The notes beneath the pieces are model-generated. The model was given only the letters and a program-made list of their open reading frames with translations, did no database searches and was not told the origin of the DNA. Of a DNA stretch of 64,000 nucleotides, positions 1 to 9,765 are shown one piece after another (position 1 is the stretch's first letter; each line of letters begins with the position of its first letter). Position numbers and translations under genes: made by a program. This DNA is from Oligoflexales bacterium (GTDB lineage Bacteria > Bdellovibrionota_B > Oligoflexia > Oligoflexales > Bog-1112). The stretch is from assembly GCA_045106415.1 (NCBI GenBank), contig JBGCEP010000026.1, positions 76,582 through 140,581 on the forward strand, in the 5' to 3' direction.

Positions 1-90
1 GAAGCTTTTCAACTTCATAGCGCTCTTCAGAGCTGAGTTTTGAGGCTGCTCCGAAATAGCAAAGTTCTTCCCAAGACGGTAGGCGCTGAT

Positions 91-747
91 TCATAAGACT
101 CCAGACGGTTGTGAACTTGCACTCATCATAACAAGGGAGCCTATGGCAATAAAGCTTATCGCAATACCGAGTCTAATTTTCATAAGAGTTTTCTCTGAAA
201 AAGACCCTTCTCCATGCTGAGCGAGCCTTGCCATAATAGAGAACCAGACCAAATCTCCAAGCACAATCCCTATGAGAAAAAAAATAAGAAGTGAGCCCTG
301 AACCTGAATGTTAAAGAAGTGAGAAATCGTATTTATCGCAAATAACCAAAACATAACAAACGATGGATTGGAGCCACATAAAAAAGCCCCAGTCGAGAAA
401 TCTTTGAGGGGTGTCCCTATATGATGGTCTTGCGTGGTCTTTGGTTGTGCTGCTCCTTTTCTGAGACTGATAAGCGAAAAAACCCCTAGCGCGATAAGAA
501 AAAAACCACAAGTGATCTGAATTTCATAAAGATACGGTGATTTTTGGAAAATTTCTGCATAACCCCAAGCTGCAGCTGTCGCGTATAATAAATCCGTGAC
601 GACGACCCCTAAAAGAAAGGTCAAAATTCGATTTCTTTTTCTCTTTTGAAAAATCATTTCTGCTAACATTAGGTTGATAGGGCCTAAGGGGGCAGATGAG
701 CAAAACCCTCCGCAAAAACCAGAGAGTACAGCAATGACAAGGCTCAT
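91..747 (-). CDS. LysE family translocator
   Basis: N-terminal SAPLGPIN motif, central NPSF..FW motif, about 6 hydrophobic helices. Confidence 0.8.
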   Translation of the reverse strand: MSLVIAVLSGFCGGFCSSAPLGPINLMLAEMIFQKRKRNRILTFLLGVVVTDLLYATAAAWGYAEIFQKSPYLYEIQITCGFFLIALGVFSLISLRKGAAQPKTTQDHHIGTPLKDFSTGAFLCGSNPSFVMFWLFAINTISHFFNIQVQGSLLIFFLIGIVLGDLVWFSIMARLAQHGEGSFSEKTLMKIRLGIAISFIAIGSLVMMSASSQPSGVL

Positions 748-763
748 AAAATTTTCTCCATAA

Positions 764-790
764 TCAAATCTTGTCCAACTCTTCCGATCT
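764..790 (+). promoter_or_regulatory. sigma28 (FliA)-like promoter upstream of tatA operon
   Basis: TCAAATCT-N11-TCCGATCT versus consensus TAAAGTTT-N11-GCCGATAA. Confidence 0.4.
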
Positions 791-869
791 TACAGGAAGA
801 CAGTGGAACTGAATGCTGGAACATGATATTCACCAGGATCCACGGTATCGAAAATAAAGGAGAGACGCC

Positions 870-1085
870 ATGGGTTTACCTGGTTTGCCTGAACTACTTG
901 TTATTTTTGGAATTGCAGTTTTATTGTTTGGATCTAAGAAGCTTCCAAGCCTTGGTGGTGCGATTGGTGAAAGCATTAAAAATTTTAAAAAAGGCCTAAG
1001 TGAAGCAGAAAATGAAAAAATAGCTTCGAATTCAAAGGATTCAAAAAGCACTGATTCTTCGAATGATTCTTCTCATGATGCTTGA
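870..1085 (+). CDS. tatA: Twin-arginine translocase subunit TatA/E
   Basis: GLPELLVIFGIAVLLFGSKKLPSLGGAIGESIKNFKKGL: TM helix, FG hinge and amphipathic helix; AAGGAG RBS. Confidence 0.95.
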   Translation: MGLPGLPELLVIFGIAVLLFGSKKLPSLGGAIGESIKNFKKGLSEAENEKIASNSKDSKSTDSSNDSSHDA

Positions 1086-1926
1086 TGGCCTTTTTGCTCG
1101 TAAGCTCCTTATGGTTACGGGTAAGGGAGGAACAGGCAAAACTTTATTGTCTGCTTCCTTAGGCCAGATAGCTGCGTCATTAGGCAAGAAAGTTCTAGTT
1201 GTAGAGTGTCACAGAGATTCTCAGTTGCGCCCTTTGCTTGGTGGTGAAAATAAGGTTGATGAAGCTGTGCAAGCTGAAAAGAACCTTCACTGGATCAATC
1301 TTGTTCCAAAAAATGGGCTGCAGCATTATGTCGTGGGGCGTCTGAAAAAAGCTGGTACTTGGAATAAATTTTTTAAGCACAGTAAAATCACAGCTTTTTT
1401 TGAAGCTATGCCTGGCTTGACTGAAGTGATGATTCTTGGGCGTTTGTTTCATGATGTGATGCTTATTGATCAATGGGATTTGGTGATCTTTGATGGTCCT
1501 GCTTCAGGACATTATGCAAGTATGCTTGAGACTCCTGCTGCTATTTTAGGCGCAGGTATCTTAGGCCCTCTTGCTTCAGAGGTGAAACGGGTGAAAGATT
1601 TTCTCGAAGATTCTGAGCTTTGTGAAGGGTTGTATGTGACTTTACCAGAGCCTTTGGTGATTTCTGAATGTGCTGAATTTGTTCCAAAGCTAGAGTTACC
1701 AAAAAAACATCATGTGATTTTAAACCGAAGCCTTTATTCGGATAAAGACTTTGTGAGCGATTCAATACCTGTTCAAGAATGGCTGAATAAACGAGACGAA
1801 TTAACATCACAAGCTATGAAGGACCTTGAAGGTTTTGGTTCTTTTTTCCAAATTTTAGATTTAGGTGCGGTGTCTGGGGCTTTAAGTTTAAAAGAGTCAA
1901 AGCAGCTGTGGGGATATTGTGACTAA
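1063..1926 (+). CDS. ArsA/Get3-like ATPase (BagA-like subunit); true start probably 1075 or 1078
   Basis: VTGKGGTGKT Walker A; PGLTEVMILG; DGPASGH switch II. Confidence 0.8.
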   Translation: MILLMMLDGLFARKLLMVTGKGGTGKTLLSASLGQIAASLGKKVLVVECHRDSQLRPLLGGENKVDEAVQAEKNLHWINLVPKNGLQHYVVGRLKKAGTWNKFFKHSKITAFFEAMPGLTEVMILGRLFHDVMLIDQWDLVIFDGPASGHYASMLETPAAILGAGILGPLASEVKRVKDFLEDSELCEGLYVTLPEPLVISECAEFVPKLELPKKHHVILNRSLYSDKDFVSDSIPVQEWLNKRDELTSQAMKDLEGFGSFFQILDLGAVSGALSLKESKQLWGYCD

Positions 1927-2953
1927 AAAATCTCGTGTGTTTGTTGTTGTAGGGCCAGGTGGTGTCGGTAAAACGACGTGTTCGATTGCCCTTGCTATGG
2001 CGGGTGTACGGAGAGGTTTAAAAGTAGGTCTTTTATCTGTAGATCCTGCGAAAAGGCTAGCGAAAGCTTTGAAAATACCTTTAGATGCTTCTATGTCAAA
2101 AGTCGAGTGTGAAGGAAGTGGGGAGCTACATGCTGCAATGGTTGATCAACAAGCGATCTTTGATCAATTGGTGCGATCTTATGCTCCTAAAAAAAATCAT
2201 GAGAAAATTTTTCACCACCCTTTTTATGTTTCAGCGAGCCAGCAGATTGCAGGTCCATTTGAAGCTATGGCTCTTGTTCAGCTTGCTAAAATGCAGAAAT
2301 CGTTTGATTGGATTGTGCTAGATACACCACCTGATGCTCAAGCATTAGAGTTTTTAGAACGCCCTAAGGTGATGGCGAGATTTATGAGAGCTGGTGTGAT
2401 GAAGTGGATACTGTCATCATTTCGGGTTGGAAGTCGCCTGGGTATTCATAGACTTGCTAAGTTTGGAGAACGTTGGTTTCAAGGTGTAGGTGAGGTCGCA
2501 GGTGTTAAAGCTTTACTTCAAGTGGCAGATTTTTTAACTCTGATGCAAGAAGTCGTTGAAGGAGTCGCCGAAGGGAGCGAAGTGGCTGATACTATGTTGA
2601 GCGATCCAACAACTCAATACGTGGGAGTGATGAGCCCTAAAGATGGCGCATATCGTGTTATGAAAACACTAAGATCATCACTCAAAGAGATCGACCGAGA
2701 TTTAACATCTATTTTAGTAAATAGATGTCTTCCAGATAGTTTTCAAGGGAGTCATTCTTTGCCTTCTGATCTTAAGATACGCCTTATGGTTGAAGAAGAT
2801 TTATTGAGTCGCCTTCATCTTCCGCATTTGAAACTAGAAGATCAATGGGGTGGTATTGCGGATGTAGAGGCCTTACAGCGACTCGCAGATATTCTACATG
2901 ACTCACTCGGCGAGATCTGCCTTCTTACACATGAATTATCGATGTCGACATAA
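1919..2953 (+). CDS. ArsA/Get3-like ATPase (BagB-like subunit)
   Basis: GPGGVGKTT; DPAKRLA; DTPPDAQALEFLERP. Confidence 0.8.
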   Translation: MTKKSRVFVVVGPGGVGKTTCSIALAMAGVRRGLKVGLLSVDPAKRLAKALKIPLDASMSKVECEGSGELHAAMVDQQAIFDQLVRSYAPKKNHEKIFHHPFYVSASQQIAGPFEAMALVQLAKMQKSFDWIVLDTPPDAQALEFLERPKVMARFMRAGVMKWILSSFRVGSRLGIHRLAKFGERWFQGVGEVAGVKALLQVADFLTLMQEVVEGVAEGSEVADTMLSDPTTQYVGVMSPKDGAYRVMKTLRSSLKEIDRDLTSILVNRCLPDSFQGSHSLPSDLKIRLMVEEDLLSRLHLPHLKLEDQWGGIADVEALQRLADILHDSLGEICLLTHELSMST

Positions 2954-2977
2954 GGGTACAATGACCTTGGAATATTA

Positions 2978-3760
2978 TTGAAGGTCTCAGCTATGAGCTT
3001 TGTGGATTATTCAATTCAAAAAACTGAAGATATAGGGCGATTTGTGTCCTATATTTCTAATATTGGTAAACAAGTTATAAAGCCCCCCTTTCGCTGGCGA
3101 GAAATACTACAACAACTTGAGTTTGTCGGTCATCAGAGTTTAAATATTATTCTTTTGACAGCATTTTTTACAGGAGCTGTCTTCGCGCTTCAGATCGGTG
3201 GAATTTTTTCTATCTTTCGTGCTGAAGGCATGATGGGTGGTGCAACGGGCAAAGCTTTGGCGACAGAGCTTGCGCCTCTTGTGACAGGCTTTCTTATGAC
3301 TGGTCGTGTGGGTTCAGCTATGACATCTGAGCTGGCTACCATGAAGGTGAACGAACAGATCGATGCTATGGAAGCGATGGGTGTTGATCCTATTCATTAT
3401 TTAGTAGTGCCACGAGTCCTTGCTTGTCTCTTGATGATCCCTTTTTTGTGCGGTGTCTTTATGTTCCTTGGTGTTGTAGGGGCTTGGGCAACAGGAACCT
3501 TGCTTTTTCATGTGGATCAAGGTGTTTTTATGGAAAAACTTAAAACTCTCGTGCATGTGAGTGATGTTTGGTTGGGACTGCGGAAAAGTGTGTGTTTTGC
3601 TGTATTAATTGGTGCGGTTGCGTGCCGTTTTGGGTTGAATGCCAGTGGTGGTGCAAAAGGGGTTGGGTTGGCAACCACAACCGGTGTTGTAAACACTTTG
3701 TTGATGATTTTATGCACAGATTTTTTGATTAGTTATATTCAAGTGAGATGGTTCGGATGA
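2978..3760 (+). CDS. mlaE: MlaE family lipid ABC transporter permease
   Basis: ELAPLVTG..GRVGSAMTSELATMKVNEQIDAMEAMGVDPIHYLVVPR; GGAKGVGLATT. Confidence 0.95.
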   Translation: MKVSAMSFVDYSIQKTEDIGRFVSYISNIGKQVIKPPFRWREILQQLEFVGHQSLNIILLTAFFTGAVFALQIGGIFSIFRAEGMMGGATGKALATELAPLVTGFLMTGRVGSAMTSELATMKVNEQIDAMEAMGVDPIHYLVVPRVLACLLMIPFLCGVFMFLGVVGAWATGTLLFHVDQGVFMEKLKTLVHVSDVWLGLRKSVCFAVLIGAVACRFGLNASGGAKGVGLATTTGVVNTLLMILCTDFLISYIQVRWFG

Positions 3761-4509
3761 TTCGATTTTCACATGTCAGCAAATCTTTTGGATCCCATCA
3801 AGTTCTTGATGATTTAACGCTGCATGTGCGTAGAGGGAAGATCACTTTTATCGTGGGTAAATCGGGAGAAGGTAAATCGGTGACTATCAAGCATATTATG
3901 GGCTTGATGAAGCCTGATGCTGGTGACATTGCGGTTGATGGCCACAATATTTTAGATTTAGATGGTGCAGAGCTGCGTGAGTATCGAAAGAGTTTTGGAA
4001 TGCTTTTTCAGCACGCAGCGTTATTTGACAGTATGACGGTGGGGCAGAATGTGCTTTTTCCTTTGCAGGAACAAACCTTGAAACAACCTCTATCTAAAAT
4101 GCTGAAACGTGTTGAGGATGTTTTAGAGCAGGTGGGTCTTCCGCATATTCAGCATAAATATCCATCTCAATTGTCGACAGGAGAAAAAAAGAGAGTGGGC
4201 TTAGCCAGAGCTTTGGTCACAAAGCCTCGAGTGCTCCTTTACGATGAGCCGACAACCGGTATGGACCCTCTTGTATGTGAAATGATTGATGATCTTATTG
4301 TCCAGCTGAATGAAGATGAAAAAGATATGACGTCTATTGTGATTTCTCATGACTTGAAAGCTGCGATGGCAACAGCAGAGTATATTGTCATGCTTTATAA
4401 GGGGAAGGCAGCGTTAGAAGGAACGCCAAAAGATTTTAAGGAAACAAAACAGCCTGTTGTACAACAATTTTTTTCTGGTCGTGTGGATGGGCCGATGGAG
4501 TTTTTTTGA
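3748..4509 (+). CDS. mlaF: MlaF family ABC transporter ATPase
   Basis: GKSGEGKS; GMLFQHAALFDSMTV; LLYDEPTTGMDP; lies between mlaE and mlaD. Confidence 0.93.
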   Translation: MVRMIRFSHVSKSFGSHQVLDDLTLHVRRGKITFIVGKSGEGKSVTIKHIMGLMKPDAGDIAVDGHNILDLDGAELREYRKSFGMLFQHAALFDSMTVGQNVLFPLQEQTLKQPLSKMLKRVEDVLEQVGLPHIQHKYPSQLSTGEKKRVGLARALVTKPRVLLYDEPTTGMDPLVCEMIDDLIVQLNEDEKDMTSIVISHDLKAAMATAEYIVMLYKGKAALEGTPKDFKETKQPVVQQFFSGRVDGPMEFF

Positions 4510-4561
4510 CAGTTATAGATTTTGAAAATTCTTCCGATCCGATACAAAGAGGCAATGCTAT

Positions 4562-6052
4562 ATGCGTACTATGAAAAATCTCGGAACGGAATTTCGTGTC
4601 GGACTCTTTACTCTTTTGGCAGGAGTGACGATCGGATATATTTTTCTTGTTTTAAGCCCAGAAAGCTTCGAACAAAAAGGTATGACGACATATGCAACTG
4701 TTGTCCAGGATGCATCTGGAGTCGTTAAAAAAACCCATGTGAAAACCAATGGTGTGATTGTTGGACAAGTGGGAGATGTTGTTCTTGAGGTGAATCAAAC
4801 TCGTTTGATTCTAGAGATTGAGGATCGAGTTAAAATTCCTAAAGGTTCAAAAATTCGTATTCGAGAAAAAGGTCTTTTAGGTGATGTTTTTATTGATGTT
4901 GCTCGTGTAGAAGATAGTGGAGATTATTACCAGCATGGGGATGTCATACCTCCTGTTGAAGGGCAAACAAACCTGTCTTCACTTATGGCTTCAGCTGGTG
5001 ATATAGCAAAAGATGTGAAAAAAGTAACTTCTGCTTTGGCAAACGCAATGGGTTCAGACAAGGGCCGGCAGCAGTTGGAAAATATACTTGATGATATTGC
5101 CTCTATTACAGGTGATGCTCGTCGGACCATGGGTGTTTTGGGGGAAGAGCTCGCAGGAGATGATAAAAAGCTTGTACGAATGATTGGTAATCTTGATGGG
5201 ACGCTGGCTGATATCCGTGATTTCAGTGGACATATTAAAGGGCTCGTTTCAGGCCCTAATAAAGAGCGATTGGAGAATATTTTAGCTTCATTTAATAACA
5301 CGATGGAAGACGCTGAAGTCACCGCTCATAACATAAGAACGGTGAGCCATAAGATTGAGCGAGGTGAAGGAACTATTGGTCGTTTATTAAATGACGAAAA
5401 AACTGTCGCGGAAATTGAAGGTGCAGTAAAAGATATTCGGAAAATTCTGAAACCAGCAACACAACTTAAGGTCAATGTTGATTACCACGGAGAGGCTAGG
5501 AGCGGTGGTGAAACGCAGCATTATTTTGACCTTCATATGAAAACTCGACCAGACAGATATTATGTTTTTGGGGTCACAGACTTAAAAGCGAGAACAGTTG
5601 ATACAACCACGGAAAGTGGGGTGACCCCTGAAGGGGAAGATGTTGATACTAAAACACGTGAAATTCAAACAATTTCAATTAAAGAAAAACTTCGATTTAA
5701 TCTTCAATATGCAAAAAGGTATGGACCACTACAGTTTCGCTTTGGCTTGTTTGAAAGCACAGGTGGTATCGCTACTGATGTTTATGCTTTGCGTGATCGT
5801 GTCAAACTCACGATGGAGGCGTTTGATTGGGATTCTCCTGAGACAGAACGTCGCACTGCTCATTTTAAAACTTATATGACTTTACTCTTCTATGATCATG
5901 TGTATGCCATGATTGGCTTAGATGACGTGACTCGAGTAGATGCGAGTACAGGGCGTGTTCACAAAACCCCTAAACCATTGGGAGGTATAGGGGTCTCATT
6001 TGATGATGATGATTTGAAGGGGTTGATGGGTACTGCTGCGCTCGCCTTGTAA
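4562..6052 (+). CDS. mlaD: Long MlaD/MCE family protein with helical extension and beta-rich C-terminal domain
   Basis: EFRVGLF TM anchor; MCE motifs (VKTNGVIVGQV, GLLGDVFIDV); GEGTIGRLLND. Confidence 0.88.
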   Translation: MRTMKNLGTEFRVGLFTLLAGVTIGYIFLVLSPESFEQKGMTTYATVVQDASGVVKKTHVKTNGVIVGQVGDVVLEVNQTRLILEIEDRVKIPKGSKIRIREKGLLGDVFIDVARVEDSGDYYQHGDVIPPVEGQTNLSSLMASAGDIAKDVKKVTSALANAMGSDKGRQQLENILDDIASITGDARRTMGVLGEELAGDDKKLVRMIGNLDGTLADIRDFSGHIKGLVSGPNKERLENILASFNNTMEDAEVTAHNIRTVSHKIERGEGTIGRLLNDEKTVAEIEGAVKDIRKILKPATQLKVNVDYHGEARSGGETQHYFDLHMKTRPDRYYVFGVTDLKARTVDTTTESGVTPEGEDVDTKTREIQTISIKEKLRFNLQYAKRYGPLQFRFGLFESTGGIATDVYALRDRVKLTMEAFDWDSPETERRTAHFKTYMTLLFYDHVYAMIGLDDVTRVDASTGRVHKTPKPLGGIGVSFDDDDLKGLMGTAALAL

Positions 6053-6062
6053 TGGTCCGTTT

Positions 6063-8021
6063 TTAACGGATCATTGAAAGGAAGTGCACGTGTTTCTCAT
6101 ACTGGTCTAGAACATCAGAAATGATTTGATCTTCTGAGTAACCCATAACATCGTAGTTTTGCCCGCCCTCTTTAAGAAAAATTTCAGCACGGTAGTAGTT
6201 TCTATTTGGTGATTTATGATGCGTATTCACAGCGAAGCTCGGAGGCTCATATTCGCGAATACGAACGTGGTAGATAAAATCAATTTCTTCACCGTGTAGA
6301 ACTTCAAAAGCAGCACCCAGTTCATTTTCTCTTATTTTCGTGTGTATGCCTTGTTTTTTAAATTCTTCAGCAACTTTTTTAAAGCTTGAGACAACATTGT
6401 TTTGTATGAAATTTAAGATTTGTGAAGACTTCGGGGTGTTCATAATATTTTCAATGCGGAGCTTCCAGTTGTCGTTATCAATTTGAGGGGACGTAATATT
6501 GTTCATCCCGGTGCTCATGCGTTTGAGGTAATCAATATTGAGAGCCTTTTTTAAACCAAAAGCTGAGCAGATTAAGATGAATGAAAAAGGCAAAGCACTA
6601 AGAATAGTGATTGTTTGCAGTGCTTGAAGTCCGCCAACTAAGAACATCACTGTGGCTACGAGCCCAATGAGGGCAGACCAATAAACTTTTTCCCAAACAG
6701 GATTATCTTCTCGCCCTTTATTTGCCAAAAGATTTACAACCAAAGCCCCTGAGTCGGCAGATGTTATGAAAAAGACTAAAACCATAAACAGTGCTAAACA
6801 TGAGGTGAGGTTTGATAAAGGAAAATGGCTTAAAAATGAGAAAAGAGAGGATGCTATGTCATTTTGAACATCTTGGGTTAGAGTACTTTCAGGTTCGTTG
6901 AGAGCGATGTATAATGCGCTGTTGCCAAAAACAGTCATCCAAGTAAAATTAAATAAAGATGGGATAATCATGACGCCCAGAACAAACTCTCTGATTGTGC
7001 GGCCATAGGAAATTCTTGCGATAAACATACCTACAAATGGTGACCAGGATAACCACCACGACCAGTAAAGAAGAGTCCACCCGCCGATCCAGTTGTTAGG
7101 CTCATAAGCGTATAAATTAAATGTTTTGTGAATCACACCAGATAAGTAATTGCCGGTGTTTTCTAAAAATGATTTCAACAAAAAATCGGTTGGGCCGAGA
7201 ATTAAAACCATTCCCATAAGGCAAACAGCGAGTGCTAAGTTAAATTCAGATAAAATTCGCACGCCTTTTTCAACACCAGAGACTGCGGATAATGTCGATA
7301 GAATACTCACGCATAAAATAAGAATAGCAAGAGCAACAGGAGTGGGAGACCACCCTGATAACCACTGGATTCCAGATCCTATTTGTGTGACACCGTAACC
7401 TAAAGAGGCTGCAACTCCAAAAATTGTCCCAATGATAGCGAAGATATCAAGAGTATGGCCAATGGGCCCCCAAATGCGTTTTCCGACAAGAGGAAGAAAT
7501 GCTGAGCGCAGGGTTAGGGGAAGTTTTTGTCGATAGCAAAAATAGCTAAGAATAAGCCCTACTAATGCGTACACCGACCAAGCATGTAAACCCCAGTGAA
7601 AAAAGGCAATGCTCATGGCCTCTTTTGCGGCGGCAGGGTTTTTACCAACACCGACAGGAGGTGACACGAAGTGCATAATCGGTTCACCTACTCCGAAAAA
7701 CATAATGCCAATCCCCATCCCAGCAGAAAAGAGCATCGCAAACCATGAAGGGTATGAATAACGTGGTTGTGAATGATCTGGGCCGAGACGAATATCACCA
7801 TATCGGCTTAAACCGAAGTACAGAACAAGGAGGAAAATACAAGCAACAGCAAAAATATAAAGCCAGCTGGCGTGTGTAATCAAGTTTTTCTGTATGGTAT
7901 CTAAGTATTGGTTCATGGGGACAGGAAACGCAGCTGTGAGTCCCACTAAAGCAAATATTAATAGAGAAGATATCGAAAAAACAGGGTTTTTTAATTTATG
8001 TGTAGGCTCTTGTGAATTCAA
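6063..8021 (-). CDS. betT: BCCT family choline/betaine transporter
   Basis: SWFAMLFSAGMGIG; FHWGLHAW; WWLSWSPFVGMFIARISYGRTIREF; BetT-type tail YYRAEIFLKEGGQNYDVMGY. Confidence 0.92.
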   Translation of the reverse strand: MNSQEPTHKLKNPVFSISSLLIFALVGLTAAFPVPMNQYLDTIQKNLITHASWLYIFAVACIFLLVLYFGLSRYGDIRLGPDHSQPRYSYPSWFAMLFSAGMGIGIMFFGVGEPIMHFVSPPVGVGKNPAAAKEAMSIAFFHWGLHAWSVYALVGLILSYFCYRQKLPLTLRSAFLPLVGKRIWGPIGHTLDIFAIIGTIFGVAASLGYGVTQIGSGIQWLSGWSPTPVALAILILCVSILSTLSAVSGVEKGVRILSEFNLALAVCLMGMVLILGPTDFLLKSFLENTGNYLSGVIHKTFNLYAYEPNNWIGGWTLLYWSWWLSWSPFVGMFIARISYGRTIREFVLGVMIIPSLFNFTWMTVFGNSALYIALNEPESTLTQDVQNDIASSLFSFLSHFPLSNLTSCLALFMVLVFFITSADSGALVVNLLANKGREDNPVWEKVYWSALIGLVATVMFLVGGLQALQTITILSALPFSFILICSAFGLKKALNIDYLKRMSTGMNNITSPQIDNDNWKLRIENIMNTPKSSQILNFIQNNVVSSFKKVAEEFKKQGIHTKIRENELGAAFEVLHGEEIDFIYHVRIREYEPPSFAVNTHHKSPNRNYYRAEIFLKEGGQNYDVMGYSEDQIISDVLDQYEKHVHFLSMIR

Positions 8022-8379
8022 AAGTGACCTTTTAGTAAGTGGCTGAATACTGTGTTTTATGGCTATATCTTGCGATCCTCTGCAAAATTAGATCTGAATA
8101 TTATAGCATGGATATTGCCGTGGCGACACCTAGGATTCATCGCCTTCTCATACGTGTTGACAGCTATGCTGTGAAGGAATATAAATTTCTTGCTTATGCT
8201 GTGGTGATAACAGGCTAAACAAGTTAATTTTTTTGCAAAAAACAGCTGTGATGGCGTGACGCTTTTTTTAACTAAAAAATACTTTTTTACATAGAAAAGT
8301 GTTTTTTTTGGGTGTTTAGTTGTTTTTTTGTCGTTAATTAGGGTGACGAAAAATTCGAAATTGTAACCAAAGCATTGAA

Positions 8380-8838
8380 ATGCTAGGGGAGAATATGGAA
8401 AAGACAAGTGATTATAAATGGTTTTGGGATGGACTGGACCATTACCTTATTAAAAATGGTATGAAACAAAGTTCACAACGAAAAGTAATTGTTTCTTACT
8501 TTTTAGAAGTCGGGACTCACGTACACGCTGAAGATATTCATGCTGCGATGCGTGCAGATGGACATGTTGTTGGACTTGCAACTATATATAGAGCGCTATC
8601 TCTTCTTAAAGATGCAGGCTTAGTGCAGCAGTATCTTTTTGGTGATGGAAAACGAGTTTTTGAAATTTTTGACCCAGAAGAGCACCATGACCATATGATT
8701 TGTCAAGATTGTGGTGGAGTCTCAGAATTTCATAATGAGCAGATCGAGAAAATTCAAGTTGATGTAGCAAATGAAAGAGGCTTTAAAGTTGTCTCACACC
8801 GGCATGAACTTTATGGTGTTTGTCAGGACTGCCAGTGA
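8380..8838 (+). CDS. fur: Fur family transcriptional regulator
   Basis: GLATIYRAL; HHDHMICQDCG; C-terminal CxxC. Confidence 0.85.
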   Translation: MLGENMEKTSDYKWFWDGLDHYLIKNGMKQSSQRKVIVSYFLEVGTHVHAEDIHAAMRADGHVVGLATIYRALSLLKDAGLVQQYLFGDGKRVFEIFDPEEHHDHMICQDCGGVSEFHNEQIEKIQVDVANERGFKVVSHRHELYGVCQDCQ

Positions 8839-9112
8839 TGGTCTGTTGTTCTTAGTAAGCTTCAAGATCCATTTCTTTAAGAAAGTAGCCATAACTTTTA
8901 GAAATAAGGTTGACGAAGAATGACGTTGGTTCTGTGCGCAGAACCCTTTTCTTAGGTCTTTTCTTCGGTTTTTGTATGATGCCGATGAAGATTATCTCGA
9001 GTGTGTCTGTATGTTTTTTTATCTTTCTCACAGGCTTTCATAAGTTTTTTGTTGGGATGTAAACTTTTTAAAAAAGTGACTTCTTCAAAGCTCTAACGTT
9101 GAACAGCCTCAG

Positions 9113-9225
9113 GATTCCCGAGAGTGATGTGGTCCACGGATGTCGTTGGTCCTATGTATGGCATCGATGACAATAAATTCCACTTACAAGCCGAACCTTC
9201 GATTCTTTTGTTCTCGTGTAGGATC
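9113..9225 (+). ncRNA. Candidate structured ncRNA (unassigned)
   Basis: Nested stems with G.U pairs in an ORF-free intergenic region, followed by a hairpin and T-tract. Confidence 0.35.
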
Positions 9226-9233
9226 AAAAAAAA

Positions 9234-9261
9234 AAAGAGAACTCTAAATAGGTTCTTCTTT
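9234..9261. terminator. Imperfect intrinsic terminator-like hairpin
   Basis: aaagagaac...gttcttcttt, flanked by an A-tract and a T-tract. Confidence 0.45.
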
Positions 9262-9765
9262 GATTAGTATTTCCGGCAATGATTAATTCTTTAAGTTCAT
9301 TTGCAAGTCTAAAGATAATTTTTGCAACATTGAAGCTGTTAAAATCTTTTACTCTTAAACTCTTGTCCTGCTCTGAAAAGGCTTTTTGATTATTCGCAGT
9401 CCAATGAAGAACTCTGCATCGGATTTTTTTTTAATGACGAGCACTTAATATGTTGTTTTTCTAAATCTGTATGATTATTTTTTAATATAGAAATTTTATT
9501 TGAATCTAAAGATGAACCTTGTTCATCATGGTGAGTGACACCATCTTGTTCTATTGTATGGTGCTTTAAATTCTTTGATGTATGAGTTGGTTCTGATTTT
9601 GTGTGTTTTGTTTTAAAAGAGCGGCATGACATGCAGGAGTAAAGTGATTATAGTTGATCAGATTTTTATTATAAGAATCCTCATCAAGTACAGTCATCTA
9701 TTCATTGAATAAGAATAAAAAATTGATAAAAGAATAATCTTTCTTTTTTTGTTGCTTTTAGATGA

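Noticed and set aside
1063..2953. Arsenite efflux ATPase ArsA
   Set aside because: No ars operon context, and the motif pattern fits a BagAB/Get3-like pair
8110..8180. Riboswitch in the betT leader (GGCGATG...GTCGCC hairpin on the minus strand)
   Set aside because: Only a short stem; the rest of the fluoride or c-di-AMP consensus is missing
8063..8407. 114-aa ORF between betT and fur
   Set aside because: Low-complexity translation of AT-rich promoter DNA, overlapping the fur start
9098..9112. HEARO/IscB omega-RNA-like gttgaacagcctcag
   Set aside because: Downstream conserved blocks are absent and there is no iscB or isrB gene
9390..9632. 80-aa His-rich ORF
   Set aside because: No clear RBS or family motif; cannot be supported
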